DNA from: a bacterium
GTDB taxonomy: Bacteria > Patescibacteriota > Minisyncoccia > Phycocordibacterales > UBA9973
Length of the DNA: 64,000 bases
Assembly (NCBI GenBank): GCA_027484965.1
Contig: JAIXRY010000006.1
Coordinates: forward strand, 65,738 to 129,737
Direction of reading: 5' to 3'
A model generated the notes under the pieces. It did not search any database. It was not told the DNA's origin and saw nothing but the letters and a program-made list of their open reading frames with translations. This document shows, one piece after another, positions 18,402 to 28,040 of this stretch; within the stretch, counting starts at the first letter, position 1; every line of letters begins with the position of its first letter. A program made the translations under genes and the position numbers.

Positions 18402-18851
18402 TTATTCAACCTGCAGTTTACTATTAATCATTATCGATATTTTATGACAAAAATATAAAAGATATTGATGATAATCATGAGCTTCGAATACCTTCCTTTC
18501 TAAATTTAAAAGTTCAGGAATTATTTTATTAAAATCCTCTTTTTCAGATAAACTAAAATCGTATTCAGATTTAAGCCAGCACTGCCATTCACCAATATAT
18601 ATAGATAATACAGGTCCTTGTTTGTCTATATAAAATTTGGCTGTAATTAAAGAAAACATCTCTGATTCTTGAAAAAAATTTTTGTATTTTCCTTCCTCTA
18701 ATTCACTCAATTTAATACAATCTGAATTTTTATCTTCAAATGTTTGTATTGAAAGAAGATAATATTCATTTTGAGAATTTTCTTCTACATAACACATCAA
18801 TTTTTTTAGTATCGCTAGTATTTTGCGATAGTCGAATTCTGTGTACACCAT
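18402..18851 (-). CDS. Hypothetical protein
   Basis: 149-aa ORF flanked by terminator hairpins. Confidence 0.65.
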   Translation of the reverse strand: MVYTEFDYRKILAILKKLMCYVEENSQNEYYLLSIQTFEDKNSDCIKLSELEEGKYKNFFQESEMFSLITAKFYIDKQGPVLSIYIGEWQCWLKSEYDFSLSEKEDFNKIIPELLNLERKVFEAHDYHQYLLYFCHKISIMINSKLQVE

Positions 18852-18933
18852 AGTTTGATTATTTATTTGTAATTTTTAATACTGTACAATAAATAGTCTA
18901 AAAAAACAAATCCCTCATTTCTGAGGGATTTTA

Positions 18934-19287
18934 TTATTTGATTGCACTAACTTTTACTTCCATGTAAGGTTGGCGGTGACCATTCTTTTTGAAGTAGCGA
19001 CTCTTTTGTCTGTATTTAATAACAGTTACAGTGTCGTATCTTCCAGCTTCTTCAAAAATTGTTTCAACTTTTGCGCCTGAGATATAAGGAGTTCCTATAG
19101 TAGTATCTTGACCATTATCAACCAAGAGAACCTTATCGAAAACGATTTTGTCTCCTTTTTTGAATTCGCCGTCGAGTTTTTCGATACGTACAACATCACC
19201 AACAGCAACCTTGTATTGTTTGCCGCCTGTAGTGAGTACTGCGAATTCGTTAGTTTCTTTTGTGTTTGTTATCTTTTTTACTGCCAT
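18934..19287 (-). CDS. rplU: 50S ribosomal protein L21
   Basis: TGGKQYKV, GTPYISGAKV, GHRQP. Confidence 0.97.
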   Translation of the reverse strand: MAVKKITNTKETNEFAVLTTGGKQYKVAVGDVVRIEKLDGEFKKGDKIVFDKVLLVDNGQDTTIGTPYISGAKVETIFEEAGRYDTVTVIKYRQKSRYFKKNGHRQPYMEVKVSAIK

Positions 19288-19354
19288 AAGCCTAGAGACC
19301 ATATTGTATACTATTTAATATTTTTTGCAAGCCTTTTTACTTGAAAAGTATATC

Positions 19355-20749
19355 TTAAGGTCTAAAACGACTTATTTTCTGGTCATCTTTAGAATCCAAC
19401 ACTTCCCATCCAAGTAAAGCTATTTGGTGGCGAATCTCGTCACTTTCTTGCCAATTTTTACTATTACGAGCAATTTGTCTCTTTTCTAATAAGTCCAAAA
19501 CTTCTTTTGGTGCTATATCTTTCTCTATTTTATCAAGTCCGAGACCTAAAACTTTGTCGAATTCTAGAACAGTAGCTCTTTTTATTTCAGAATCAAGCCT
19601 CATATCATGTAAGAGTTCCCACATAAGAGCAATTACTCCTGGAGTATCTAGATCATCTCCAAGAGCACGTTTGAAACGTCCTATGTAATCAAAATCGGCT
19701 TTTGCCTCAGATTCTTTTAAGTTTGAAAATATATCAATAAGACGGTCATATGCATTTTCGGCACCTTTTAATGATTCAAAAGTAAAATTCATCGCTTTTC
19801 TATAGTGAGCTTGCAAGAACAAGAATCTAAGTGCAAGAGGGTTTATTCCTTTTTCGACAATATCATCAATAGTGTAATAATTCCCTTTACTCTTTGACAT
19901 CTTCTCGCCTTCTACTTGGAGGAAATTGTGGTGAATCCAGAAATGTACGAATTCGTGCCCTGTAGCACATTCACTTTGAGCTATTTCGTTCTCATGGTGA
20001 ACAGGTATATGATCTACACCACCAGTATGAATATCAATAGTCTCTCCAAGATATTCCATACTCATAGCCGAACATTCTATGTGCCATCCAGGAAATCCGT
20101 CCCCCCACTTACTTTCCCAGCGCATTGTATGATGAGCAAATCTTCCTACACGCTTAAACCAAAGCACGAAGTCTGCTGGATGTTTTTTGTTTTTATCTAC
20201 CACAACATCTTCACGTACAGCCTGCTTTTTGTCTTCTATTTTTTGACCAGAAAGTGCGCCGTATTCTTTGAATTTTGTTGTATCAAAATATATTGCTTGA
20301 GGAGTCTCATAAGTGAAGCCTTTTTCTTCGAGGTGCTTAACGAAGGCAATCATTCCATCTATATGATCTGTAGCTTTTATAAAATGAGTAGGAGTAAGCA
20401 CGTCGAGCGCTTTCATTGTTTTCTCAAAATACTCAGTATAAAACTCCGCCACCTCCCAAACGGTCTTACCGTATTTAAGAGCACCTTTTTCCATCTTATC
20501 TTCTCCTTCATCACCGTCGTCAGACAAGTGCCCAACATCGGTTATATTCATCACATGGTTCACTTCGTAGCCAAAATAGCCAAGAGTGCGCTTGAGCACA
20601 TCATCACCTATGTAGCGGCGCATATGGCCTATGTGAGTGAAGTCGTAGACAGTAGGGCCACAACTATACATAGAAACCCTACCTTCTTTTATAGGTACAA
20701 ATTTCTCGTATCCGCGGGTTTTAGTATTCCAGAATTTAATTACATCCAT
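19355..20749 (-). CDS. cysS: Cysteine-tRNA ligase
   Basis: CGPTVY..HIGH, PGWHIECSAM, HHENEIAQ, KMSKS. Confidence 0.98.
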   Translation of the reverse strand: MDVIKFWNTKTRGYEKFVPIKEGRVSMYSCGPTVYDFTHIGHMRRYIGDDVLKRTLGYFGYEVNHVMNITDVGHLSDDGDEGEDKMEKGALKYGKTVWEVAEFYTEYFEKTMKALDVLTPTHFIKATDHIDGMIAFVKHLEEKGFTYETPQAIYFDTTKFKEYGALSGQKIEDKKQAVREDVVVDKNKKHPADFVLWFKRVGRFAHHTMRWESKWGDGFPGWHIECSAMSMEYLGETIDIHTGGVDHIPVHHENEIAQSECATGHEFVHFWIHHNFLQVEGEKMSKSKGNYYTIDDIVEKGINPLALRFLFLQAHYRKAMNFTFESLKGAENAYDRLIDIFSNLKESEAKADFDYIGRFKRALGDDLDTPGVIALMWELLHDMRLDSEIKRATVLEFDKVLGLGLDKIEKDIAPKEVLDLLEKRQIARNSKNWQESDEIRHQIALLGWEVLDSKDDQKISRFRP

Positions 20750-21648
20750 CTCTTTAGTTTAAAGTATAAGAACATGGTAAGTCCAGTCACCGTCATTGCT
20801 CCAACAACAACAAAGAAGTCAGAAGTTTGTTTAATAATAATAAAATCAGTATTCATTCCAAAAACTCCAGTGATTAGAGTAAGAGGAAGCATAATAAAAC
20901 TCATAATAGTCAAGACTTTGATTGTTTCATTTGTCTTTGTTGTGAGTAATGAGTCATTTGTATCACGAAGATCATTCAAGATATCTTTGTGACCATCAAG
21001 CATTGTCTGAACTTTGTTGTATTCACCAATAACACCCGAAAGATGGTACGTAAAAGATTCTCCAAAAAAGTCCCTTCCTGCAATTTCAAATGAATGAAGA
21101 ACTTCACGATGAAAACGTATCGCTTGTTTGAAATCAAGGAGACGTCTGTTTATTTTGGAAATCATATGAACAGTATCTTCTTCACGTTCTCCAAATATAT
21201 CATGCTCCACATCTCTAAGGCTTTTATTGATATCATCAAGCTCCTCTAGACTATCTCTGTAGAGTTCTTTGATAATACTATAAAAGAGATATCCTGCATG
21301 TTCATCTCGAATACCACGATCAAGCATTTTGTTTACTTCGAATTTTTTAGAAAATTCGTGTAAAGGATTGATTAATTCATAGTGAACAGTCATAACATAA
21401 TCTTTTCCAATAATAAAATCTATTTCTTGATCAAGTTCACCTTCTTTGTGGCGATATTTTGGAAAATGAAGAATTAGATAAATGAGATTATTGTGCAAGT
21501 CTACCTTTGAGCGCATTGTACTCGTAAGGAGCTCCTCTGCAACACTTCCCGGTAAATTATACACATCAGCGAGATGAGAAATTTCTTCTTTTGTTGGAGA
21601 CTCAACATCAATCCATCGAACTTTTTTGTGTGTGTACTCAGAAATCAT
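20740..21648 (-). CDS. corA: CorA-family Mg2+/divalent cation transporter
   Basis: C-terminal LPLTLITGVFGMN motif and two TM helices. Confidence 0.9.
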   Translation of the reverse strand: MISEYTHKKVRWIDVESPTKEEISHLADVYNLPGSVAEELLTSTMRSKVDLHNNLIYLILHFPKYRHKEGELDQEIDFIIGKDYVMTVHYELINPLHEFSKKFEVNKMLDRGIRDEHAGYLFYSIIKELYRDSLEELDDINKSLRDVEHDIFGEREEDTVHMISKINRRLLDFKQAIRFHREVLHSFEIAGRDFFGESFTYHLSGVIGEYNKVQTMLDGHKDILNDLRDTNDSLLTTKTNETIKVLTIMSFIMLPLTLITGVFGMNTDFIIIKQTSDFFVVVGAMTVTGLTMFLYFKLKRWM

Positions 21649-21736
21649 AAGTATAGTATATATGTTAAATTAAAAAGTCGATAGTGGAATAAATAAAAAT
21701 AACCACAATCTATGTGGTTATTTTTATTTAAAAAAT

Positions 21737-23374
21737 TTACTCTTTTGGTATCGTAGGGAGTTCAACTAAGAATGTTGTACCCTTACCCAATCCCTCTGAT
21801 TCGAGCCATACGCGCCCATGATGCGCTTTTATAATCTCTTTTGCAAGATATAGCCCAAGTCCTGATCCTGTAGTATTCATCTTACCAGCTTCACCACGAT
21901 TGAATTTGTGGAATAGCTTTTCTTTTGTTTCTGGAGAAACTCCGACACCTGTATCTTTTATAGAAAATATGACTTTATTATTTTCATACACAAGACCTAA
22001 TGATATTGAGCCTTCTGGAGTATATTTTATAGAGTTATCTATCAAGTTAATAACAACCTGACGAAGCTTCTCACGATCACCAGAAACCATTACAAGTTCT
22101 TCTGTATCAGAACTAAAGTTCATAACCAATCCTTTCTTCTCTGCAGTAATTTTCAGATCTGAATATGTATCGCTTGCCATTTCTTTGAAGTCAAAAGGTT
22201 CGATTATATATTTCATACCTCCTGATTCAATTTTTGAAACACTAAGGAAGTCTTCCACCATAATCGCAAGACTATTTGAAGTTTGGAGAACACGTTCTAG
22301 AGGTTCTTGCTGTTCAGGAACAACTTTTCCAAAAGACCCTTCAAGAAGCATAGATGTGTATCCTTTAATAGCAGTGAGAGGGCTTCTGATTTGATGTGTA
22401 GCAAGTGACAAGAATTCTGTTTTCAACTTATCAAGACCTTTCAATTTTTCATTTGCTTCAATAAGATTTTTTGAAATTACCTCCATTTCTTCCTTTTGTT
22501 TAATCTCACGTTTAACGCTATTTATTAAAATATTACCAAAAAATATTATAAGAATTAGTGTAAACCCTGTAAGTACAATGTTGACAGGTGTTCTAACGAA
22601 TATAAACTGAGAAGCAATCAATATAAAGAGTAAATAAACAATTAATTGAGTACCAAAAACTTTAAAATCAAAAACTTTTAAGTTTATAATAGAATATATA
22701 ATCCCAACAAGAAAAATAGGTAGTATAAATAAACTATACAAGTTTATTTCATAAACACCTGTAACACTTGAAATATATTCAGTTATAGAAAAGACAGAGA
22801 AAAATAATATTATTGAAAGCCCTACAATTAGTATCTTTTTTCTATTTTCCTTTGTTTCTTTTTTAAAATTAAATATACCAACCAAGAGTATTGTTGTTAC
22901 ACTTAAAAATTCAATAAATAACTTGTATTTTGTTAAAAAATCATTATTAATAGATTCACACACTGCCTGATCGAAATAAACAACAGAACCACCAGAAGCA
23001 GTAATATAAAAAGCGGGTAAAGAAAGTATTAAAATAATACTCTTATAAAATATATTTAAATCCTTTTTAATTGCAATAATTACAAAGAAATATGCACCAA
23101 AAAGATAGAATAGTACATTTATATAATCAAGAGGAGCCCAAGAGAAGTTAACCAAATTATAATTTTGAGAAGTCCATAAAACTAAATCACCAATAAGCCA
23201 CAAACAGAAAAGTCCTACGAAAACAGAAAATATTTTTGTTATATAGGAACTTTTACTTTTACCTAACGTAAAAAATATTAGGACCAATGAAATAAAAATT
23301 GGTACAAGATGAGAATAAAAAGCTATTGAGTGATAGTTTTTTGTTGTTTCAAAACAAGTGTTTAGTATATCCAT
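21737..23374 (-). CDS. Sensor histidine kinase with a multi-TM input domain
   Basis: ~8-9 TM N-terminus; H-box ATHQIRSPL, N-box NLIDNSIKY, DTGVG, GSGLGLY. Confidence 0.92.
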   Translation of the reverse strand: MDILNTCFETTKNYHSIAFYSHLVPIFISLVLIFFTLGKSKSSYITKIFSVFVGLFCLWLIGDLVLWTSQNYNLVNFSWAPLDYINVLFYLFGAYFFVIIAIKKDLNIFYKSIILILSLPAFYITASGGSVVYFDQAVCESINNDFLTKYKLFIEFLSVTTILLVGIFNFKKETKENRKKILIVGLSIILFFSVFSITEYISSVTGVYEINLYSLFILPIFLVGIIYSIINLKVFDFKVFGTQLIVYLLFILIASQFIFVRTPVNIVLTGFTLILIIFFGNILINSVKREIKQKEEMEVISKNLIEANEKLKGLDKLKTEFLSLATHQIRSPLTAIKGYTSMLLEGSFGKVVPEQQEPLERVLQTSNSLAIMVEDFLSVSKIESGGMKYIIEPFDFKEMASDTYSDLKITAEKKGLVMNFSSDTEELVMVSGDREKLRQVVINLIDNSIKYTPEGSISLGLVYENNKVIFSIKDTGVGVSPETKEKLFHKFNRGEAGKMNTTGSGLGLYLAKEIIKAHHGRVWLESEGLGKGTTFLVELPTIPKE

Positions 23375-23392
23375 AAATTAATTATAAACGAA

Positions 23393-24223
23393 TTATTTAA
23401 TCTTGTCTTCAATTATATACATAGAACTCTCTGGATGACAAAACCAAAATTTATCACCTTCAATATCTGTTGGTTCAAGTGCTACTATTATAGGTTTTTT
23501 ACCTGTTATTTTAATTAATTCAATAAAACTTGGGAGAAAAATATCTCTAGTAAAAAGATATTCTTCTTCATTAAACATAAAATTTTCAAATAGTATGCCA
23601 TTTTTTAAAAAAAGAGATATAAAATTTAGATAATAATCTTTTGCGCTCTTACCAGATTTTTTAAACCAGTCTGAAGCTTCAAGAAAAATAACATCTTCTC
23701 CATGTTTAAAAGTTTTATTTAACAAATCTCTATGAAAATCTATTAGATTTTGACCCCACAAAGTCTCCACATCTTTTATTTTCAACCCTCCATTCTTGTT
23801 AAAATCAATTATAGTTACAGATTTAATCTTTGACCCTCCTTTTTTACCAACACCACAAAAAAAGTTTATTTTTCCTAAACTTGTTTTATATTCATTATTG
23901 GAAACAAATTTATCAGAATGATATTCAAAAATGACAGGTTTTACAATATTAGATAAAGGATCTAGTAGATTAATAAATCTTCTGAACTCGTAATTAGGTG
24001 TGATTAATTGTCTAAAAAGAACAGCATATTTTAAATCTTCCGAGAACAATTCAGGCTTTATAAAGTTCCCATATTTTTTTAATTTTATATCTATATCAGA
24101 ATCATCTTTTCTATTTTCTAATTCAATAATAGCTTGATTTATAGGTGTATAAACAAAACTATTAAAAATTTCTCTGTTTGACATTAGTAAATCAATATCT
24201 GGAATACCATCAAAATCTTTCAT
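23393..24223 (-). CDS. Conserved-looking cytoplasmic hypothetical protein
   Basis: 276 aa; motif-like AVLFRQLITPNYE, EYHSDKF, DFHR, GILFENF; 18 bp upstream of the kinase. Confidence 0.75.
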   Translation of the reverse strand: MKDFDGIPDIDLLMSNREIFNSFVYTPINQAIIELENRKDDSDIDIKLKKYGNFIKPELFSEDLKYAVLFRQLITPNYEFRRFINLLDPLSNIVKPVIFEYHSDKFVSNNEYKTSLGKINFFCGVGKKGGSKIKSVTIIDFNKNGGLKIKDVETLWGQNLIDFHRDLLNKTFKHGEDVIFLEASDWFKKSGKSAKDYYLNFISLFLKNGILFENFMFNEEEYLFTRDIFLPSFIELIKITGKKPIIVALEPTDIEGDKFWFCHPESSMYIIEDKIK

Positions 24224-24228
24224 AATAT

Positions 24229-24579
24229 TTATTTTTCAGAACATGAATCATTAGAAGATTCGTCACATTCTATTTTTTTACAATCTGCATTACCTGCCAA
24301 ACACTCATCAAGACAAGAATCTACGCCACATTTTTTAAAATCATAAGCTTTTATAAAGTATTTTTTATAACTACTCAAATTATTAGGAGGACAATCCCCT
24401 TGAGAACAATCTCTAATAAAACACTTTTCACTAGTAGAGTCGCAAGGAAGTTCAATCATGTAAAGATAATCTTTTTTATAGATATACTTATAAAAACAGA
24501 AAACAATAACTAATACTAAAAAAATAATAAATACAAAAATACTTTTTTTATCTTCACTTTTGTGATTATCTTCATTCAT
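24229..24579 (-). CDS. Membrane-anchored cysteine-rich protein
   Basis: One N-terminal TM followed by a ~70-aa domain with 10 Cys. Confidence 0.75.
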   Translation of the reverse strand: MNEDNHKSEDKKSIFVFIIFLVLVIVFCFYKYIYKKDYLYMIELPCDSTSEKCFIRDCSQGDCPPNNLSSYKKYFIKAYDFKKCGVDSCLDECLAGNADCKKIECDESSNDSCSEK

Positions 24580-24604
24580 AAAAGATATAATAACACAATA
24601 TTGA

Positions 24605-25075
24605 TTAAAATGTTAAATATATTGGAGACCATAAAACTAACCATATTGTGTGTCCAATTAATGTTGTTAGAAATATATAAAAATGATCTTTCTTACAAAA
24701 AGCAAATCCTGGTTTTCTTAAATAAATAGTAGCTAAAAATGGATCATAGAATGACAAACCTAATATAGTTGAAATTCTACCCATTTTGAATATATGTTTC
24801 CAAATACCACTTCTCTGTTTTTTAATTTCTTTTATTTTTTCAAATCCAAAGATATCTTTTTTTAAATAATCGTATAAAAACAAAAGAGAGTAGTTTAAAA
24901 TAAGAGCTAAGAATAAGAGGATAAAGTAACTGTTCCAAAAACTTAATTTATACATAACTAACGGATATATAAAATAATCAAAAATTTTATTTACAATCTC
25001 CAAAAATACAAGTCCGCTAAAAAATTTTAACGATAGAAAAGGAAATTTTATAATGAGTTTATTTTTTATATCCAT
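24605..25075 (-). CDS. Small membrane protein, paralog 1
   Basis: Shares LEI.N..FDY..YP, YLKKDIFGFEK and YDPF.AT with ORF 25140. Confidence 0.8.
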   Translation of the reverse strand: MDIKNKLIIKFPFLSLKFFSGLVFLEIVNKIFDYFIYPLVMYKLSFWNSYFILLFLALILNYSLLFLYDYLKKDIFGFEKIKEIKKQRSGIWKHIFKMGRISTILGLSFYDPFLATIYLRKPGFAFCKKDHFYIFLTTLIGHTIWLVLWSPIYLTF

Positions 25076-25139
25076 ACCAAGAATTTTAAATTATACATTA
25101 AAAAAATAAAACACCCTATGTTAATAAAACAGAGGGTGC

Positions 25140-25592
25140 CTAAAACAACTTAAGTGGACTCCAAAATATAAACCACAAAGTATGTCCCATAAAAGTAGTT
25201 AAAAAAAGATATAGATAATCTAATCTTGAGACATAAAAACTTTTTTTAGACATAAAAACAGTCGCCATAAATGGATCGTACCAAGATAAAAATATTATAC
25301 TTGGAATCCTTCCCATACTAAAAACTTTTGCCCAAAAACCATTTTTATGTTCTTGAATTAATTTTACTTTTTCAAATCCAAATATATCTTTTTTAAGATA
25401 ATTATAAGTAATTAATAATATAAAATTAAGAATCAACGCTGTAACAAATAAGATAACAAATGCTTTACCAAATGAAAATCTATATACAGCTATTGGGTAG
25501 TAGATATAATCAAATACTCTGTTGATTATTTCAAGGATAATGATTCCTCCACCAGCTCTTAAGATGGCTAATATAATTTTTATTTTTTTCAA
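25140..25592 (-). CDS. Small membrane protein, paralog 2
   Basis: TTG start with a strong AAGGAGG Shine-Dalgarno; paralog of ORF 24605. Confidence 0.8.
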   Translation of the reverse strand: MKKIKIILAILRAGGGIIILEIINRVFDYIYYPIAVYRFSFGKAFVILFVTALILNFILLITYNYLKKDIFGFEKVKLIQEHKNGFWAKVFSMGRIPSIIFLSWYDPFMATVFMSKKSFYVSRLDYLYLFLTTFMGHTLWFIFWSPLKLF

Positions 25593-25690
25593 TTAAACCT
25601 CCTTTTTTTAAATAATATATTATTATTGACTTTTTGTCAATAATACGCAATATATTATTTTATAAAATATAACTGTGTTATTATTTACTC

Positions 25691-26260
25691 ATGAAATATC
25701 TTTTTATTGTTCCAGGATTTGGTGAAACTGGCAAAGAATCTTGTTATAAAGAAATATCAAAATGTGCAAAATCTAAAGGATTTAAATCTATTACAATATC
25801 TGTTGTTTGGGATAGAAATACTTTATCTACTTGGATAAAAGAAGTAAAGAAGATTCTGGATAAATATTCAAGAGAAGAACTAAGAGAAAGTATAATCTTA
25901 GGTTTTTCTTTTGGTGCTTTAATTAGTCAAGAAATAGCAAAAGATATAATTTTTGATAAAGTTATATCTTGTTCATGTTCTCCTTATTATAAAGAAAATT
26001 TAAAATATTTTCCAAAAGAAGTTTATGTTTTCTTTGGAAAAAAGAGAATGAAAGATTTTGAAAATTACTCAATAAATTCTTATAAGAAAAGTAAAATAAG
26101 AAACTTTATAGCTTTCTTCGGCGAAAAAGATTGGGATATAGGTCAAAAGACTTCTAAAAAAATTTCTGAATATCTAGGAGGTGCTTTTCAAATAATTCCT
26201 GAAACCGAACATGAATTATCACCTTTATATATTAAGAAGATACAAAATAAAATAGAGTAA
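25691..26260 (+). CDS. Alpha/beta hydrolase
   Basis: VPGF oxyanion loop, GFSFG nucleophile elbow, GEKD, C-terminal His (TEHEL). Confidence 0.8.
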   Translation: MKYLFIVPGFGETGKESCYKEISKCAKSKGFKSITISVVWDRNTLSTWIKEVKKILDKYSREELRESIILGFSFGALISQEIAKDIIFDKVISCSCSPYYKENLKYFPKEVYVFFGKKRMKDFENYSINSYKKSKIRNFIAFFGEKDWDIGQKTSKKISEYLGGAFQIIPETEHELSPLYIKKIQNKIE

Positions 26261-27193
26261 TTAAGAAATAATTACTCTATAAATTTCATTAGCTATTTTA
26301 ATGTTGGTATTTTTATTAAAAAAACCATACCAATCCCCGCATGGATTAAGATCAATAAATATCTCTTTTCCATCTCTTATTAAAAATTCAGGACACGCCC
26401 AAGTTAGTGATAATGATTTTAGTAATTTAAATAATGATAAAGTGGTCTTTTTTGAAAGGCTGTATTTCTTCCATATAAAGCAATGATTAGAATCACTATT
26501 TAATTCTCTAAAATCAACCATTCTCTCATTTGCCTTATTATCCCTAAATACAGAAAAAATATTTTCTTGTGTACAAAAACACCTTACATGCTTATCAGCA
26601 CTAATACCTTCTTGTGCTAGTATTGGATAACTTTCAATTTTATCATTACCATCACCATAAAATCCAAAAGCTGTTAATGTTACTTCACTTTTTAGACCTT
26701 TTTTATTTGTTACAGAAAAAGGAAATCCTAAAGGTTTGTACCAAGAATATTCCTCTTTTATACCAAATCCAATTTTTGTGCCATTTGGTATCAACAATCC
26801 AACTTCTTGAGCTTTTTTCATAAGCAATCCTTTAGATTCGGCTTGTTCTATTTTTAAAATAGAACCTGGGAAATTTTTACCATCCAAATTTAAAAACAAA
26901 AATTCTTTTAGAAATGATTCGAGACGTAGCCTCCAATCATTAGGAAATATTATTTCTTTTGGACTATTTAATATAGCGTCTATTCTAGGGTTTGTAGTGA
27001 ATACAATAGATGTAAGGATATGTTTCTTTTTGTTTATAAAAAGGTATCCAGGATGTGCTACTTCTAAATGAATTTTACTTTTGTGTATTCTGTGTGTATC
27101 TAACACAAAAATATCATCAATTTTACTGAGCCTTTTAATTAATAACAATATCTGAGGATCCTTTTTTCCGAGTGAAGATATTAATAGTATCAT
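26261..27193 (-). CDS. ATP-grasp peptide ligase (MvdC/MvdD graspetide-synthetase or RimK-like)
   Basis: AESK....A..VGL.IP, KPL, P...QE.I....VR, VDFR, FIDLNPCGDW. Confidence 0.8.
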   Translation of the reverse strand: MILLISSLGKKDPQILLLIKRLSKIDDIFVLDTHRIHKSKIHLEVAHPGYLFINKKKHILTSIVFTTNPRIDAILNSPKEIIFPNDWRLRLESFLKEFLFLNLDGKNFPGSILKIEQAESKGLLMKKAQEVGLLIPNGTKIGFGIKEEYSWYKPLGFPFSVTNKKGLKSEVTLTAFGFYGDGNDKIESYPILAQEGISADKHVRCFCTQENIFSVFRDNKANERMVDFRELNSDSNHCFIWKKYSLSKKTTLSLFKLLKSLSLTWACPEFLIRDGKEIFIDLNPCGDWYGFFNKNTNIKIANEIYRVIIS

Positions 27194-27226
27194 TTTTATT
27201 TATTTTTTAATGTTCTTTTTTTTATT

Positions 27227-27253
27227 AAAAAAGGAGACATATTGCCTCCTTTT
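27227..27253 (-). terminator. Hairpin between the small peptide gene and the ATP-grasp gene
   Basis: Minus strand AAAAGGAGGCA-ATA-TGTCTCCTTTT followed by T. Confidence 0.65.
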
Positions 27254-27259
27254 AGTCTT

Positions 27260-27346
27260 TTAACCACAATGATGTCTTGTTACTCTTGTTTTACCAAAAC
27301 AAACATTTTTAATGGTTTTTTTAGGTTGTATTTTATATTTTTTCAT
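27260..27346 (-). CDS. Putative RiPP precursor peptide (28 aa; not in the ORF track)
   Basis: MKKYKIQPKKTIKNVCFGKTRVTRHHCG; co-oriented and 66 bp upstream of the ATP-grasp gene. Confidence 0.55.
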   Translation of the reverse strand: MKKYKIQPKKTIKNVCFGKTRVTRHHCG

Positions 27347-27446
27347 AAATTAACTAATTTATTTAATTTAATACTATTTAGATTAAACTGTCTATATTGA
27401 CTTTTTGTTAATAATCACTATAATTAAAGACAAATAACTACATCAA

Positions 27447-28040
27447 ATGAAAAAAATAATTCTTTTATTCATTATGGTATCTAGCTTCTTTAACAAAGCT
27501 TTTGCTCAAAAAGATACAACACCTTCTAACTTTACTTACGAATTCCACCAGAACACCATATTCGCCCAAAATTCGCCCACCTTCCCACTTATATATGGAA
27601 TGATCTATCTTGATACAAAATCAAGATTTGGAGGTTGGGCTTTCACCTATTTTGAACCAAGTGTTTGTCAAATTCTAGGAGGACCTAAATTCTCTCTTAT
27701 TAAGACAAACGAAGTTCAAAGTGAATTTGGTATTGGGATTGGTTATGACTTCTTTCAAACAGGAACAGAACCTACATATGGTGGATACTTTTGGTTTACC
27801 AACAATAAATACGATTTGTACGGATACACTGAACAAAATCAAAATCAGTTTTTATGGTGGAATCAATTTTATCTTCAAAGACATATTGGTAAATGTGCAA
27901 TAGGTCCTGGATATCAAACAAATGTTGGGTATGGATTAAAAATTTCCTACATCTTAAAAAGATGGGAATTCTACACTCAACCAAGTTTGGAAAGTTCAAA
28001 AGAGCAAAAGATTTTATTTGGAATTAGATTCCACAACTAA
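27447..28040 (+). CDS. Secreted beta-rich protein resembling an outer-membrane beta-barrel
   Basis: Signal MKKIILLF...AFA|Q; alternating Gly/aromatic strands (EFGIGIGYDF, VGYGLKISY, ILFGIRF); promoter TTGACT-N16-TATAAT. Confidence 0.65.
   Translation: MKKIILLFIMVSSFFNKAFAQKDTTPSNFTYEFHQNTIFAQNSPTFPLIYGMIYLDTKSRFGGWAFTYFEPSVCQILGGPKFSLIKTNEVQSEFGIGIGYDFFQTGTEPTYGGYFWFTNNKYDLYGYTEQNQNQFLWWNQFYLQRHIGKCAIGPGYQTNVGYGLKISYILKRWEFYTQPSLESSKEQKILFGIRFHN

Noticed and set aside
19916..20992. 358-aa plus-strand ORF
   Set aside because: Antisense shadow of cysS/corA with unnatural F/S/I-rich composition and no motifs.
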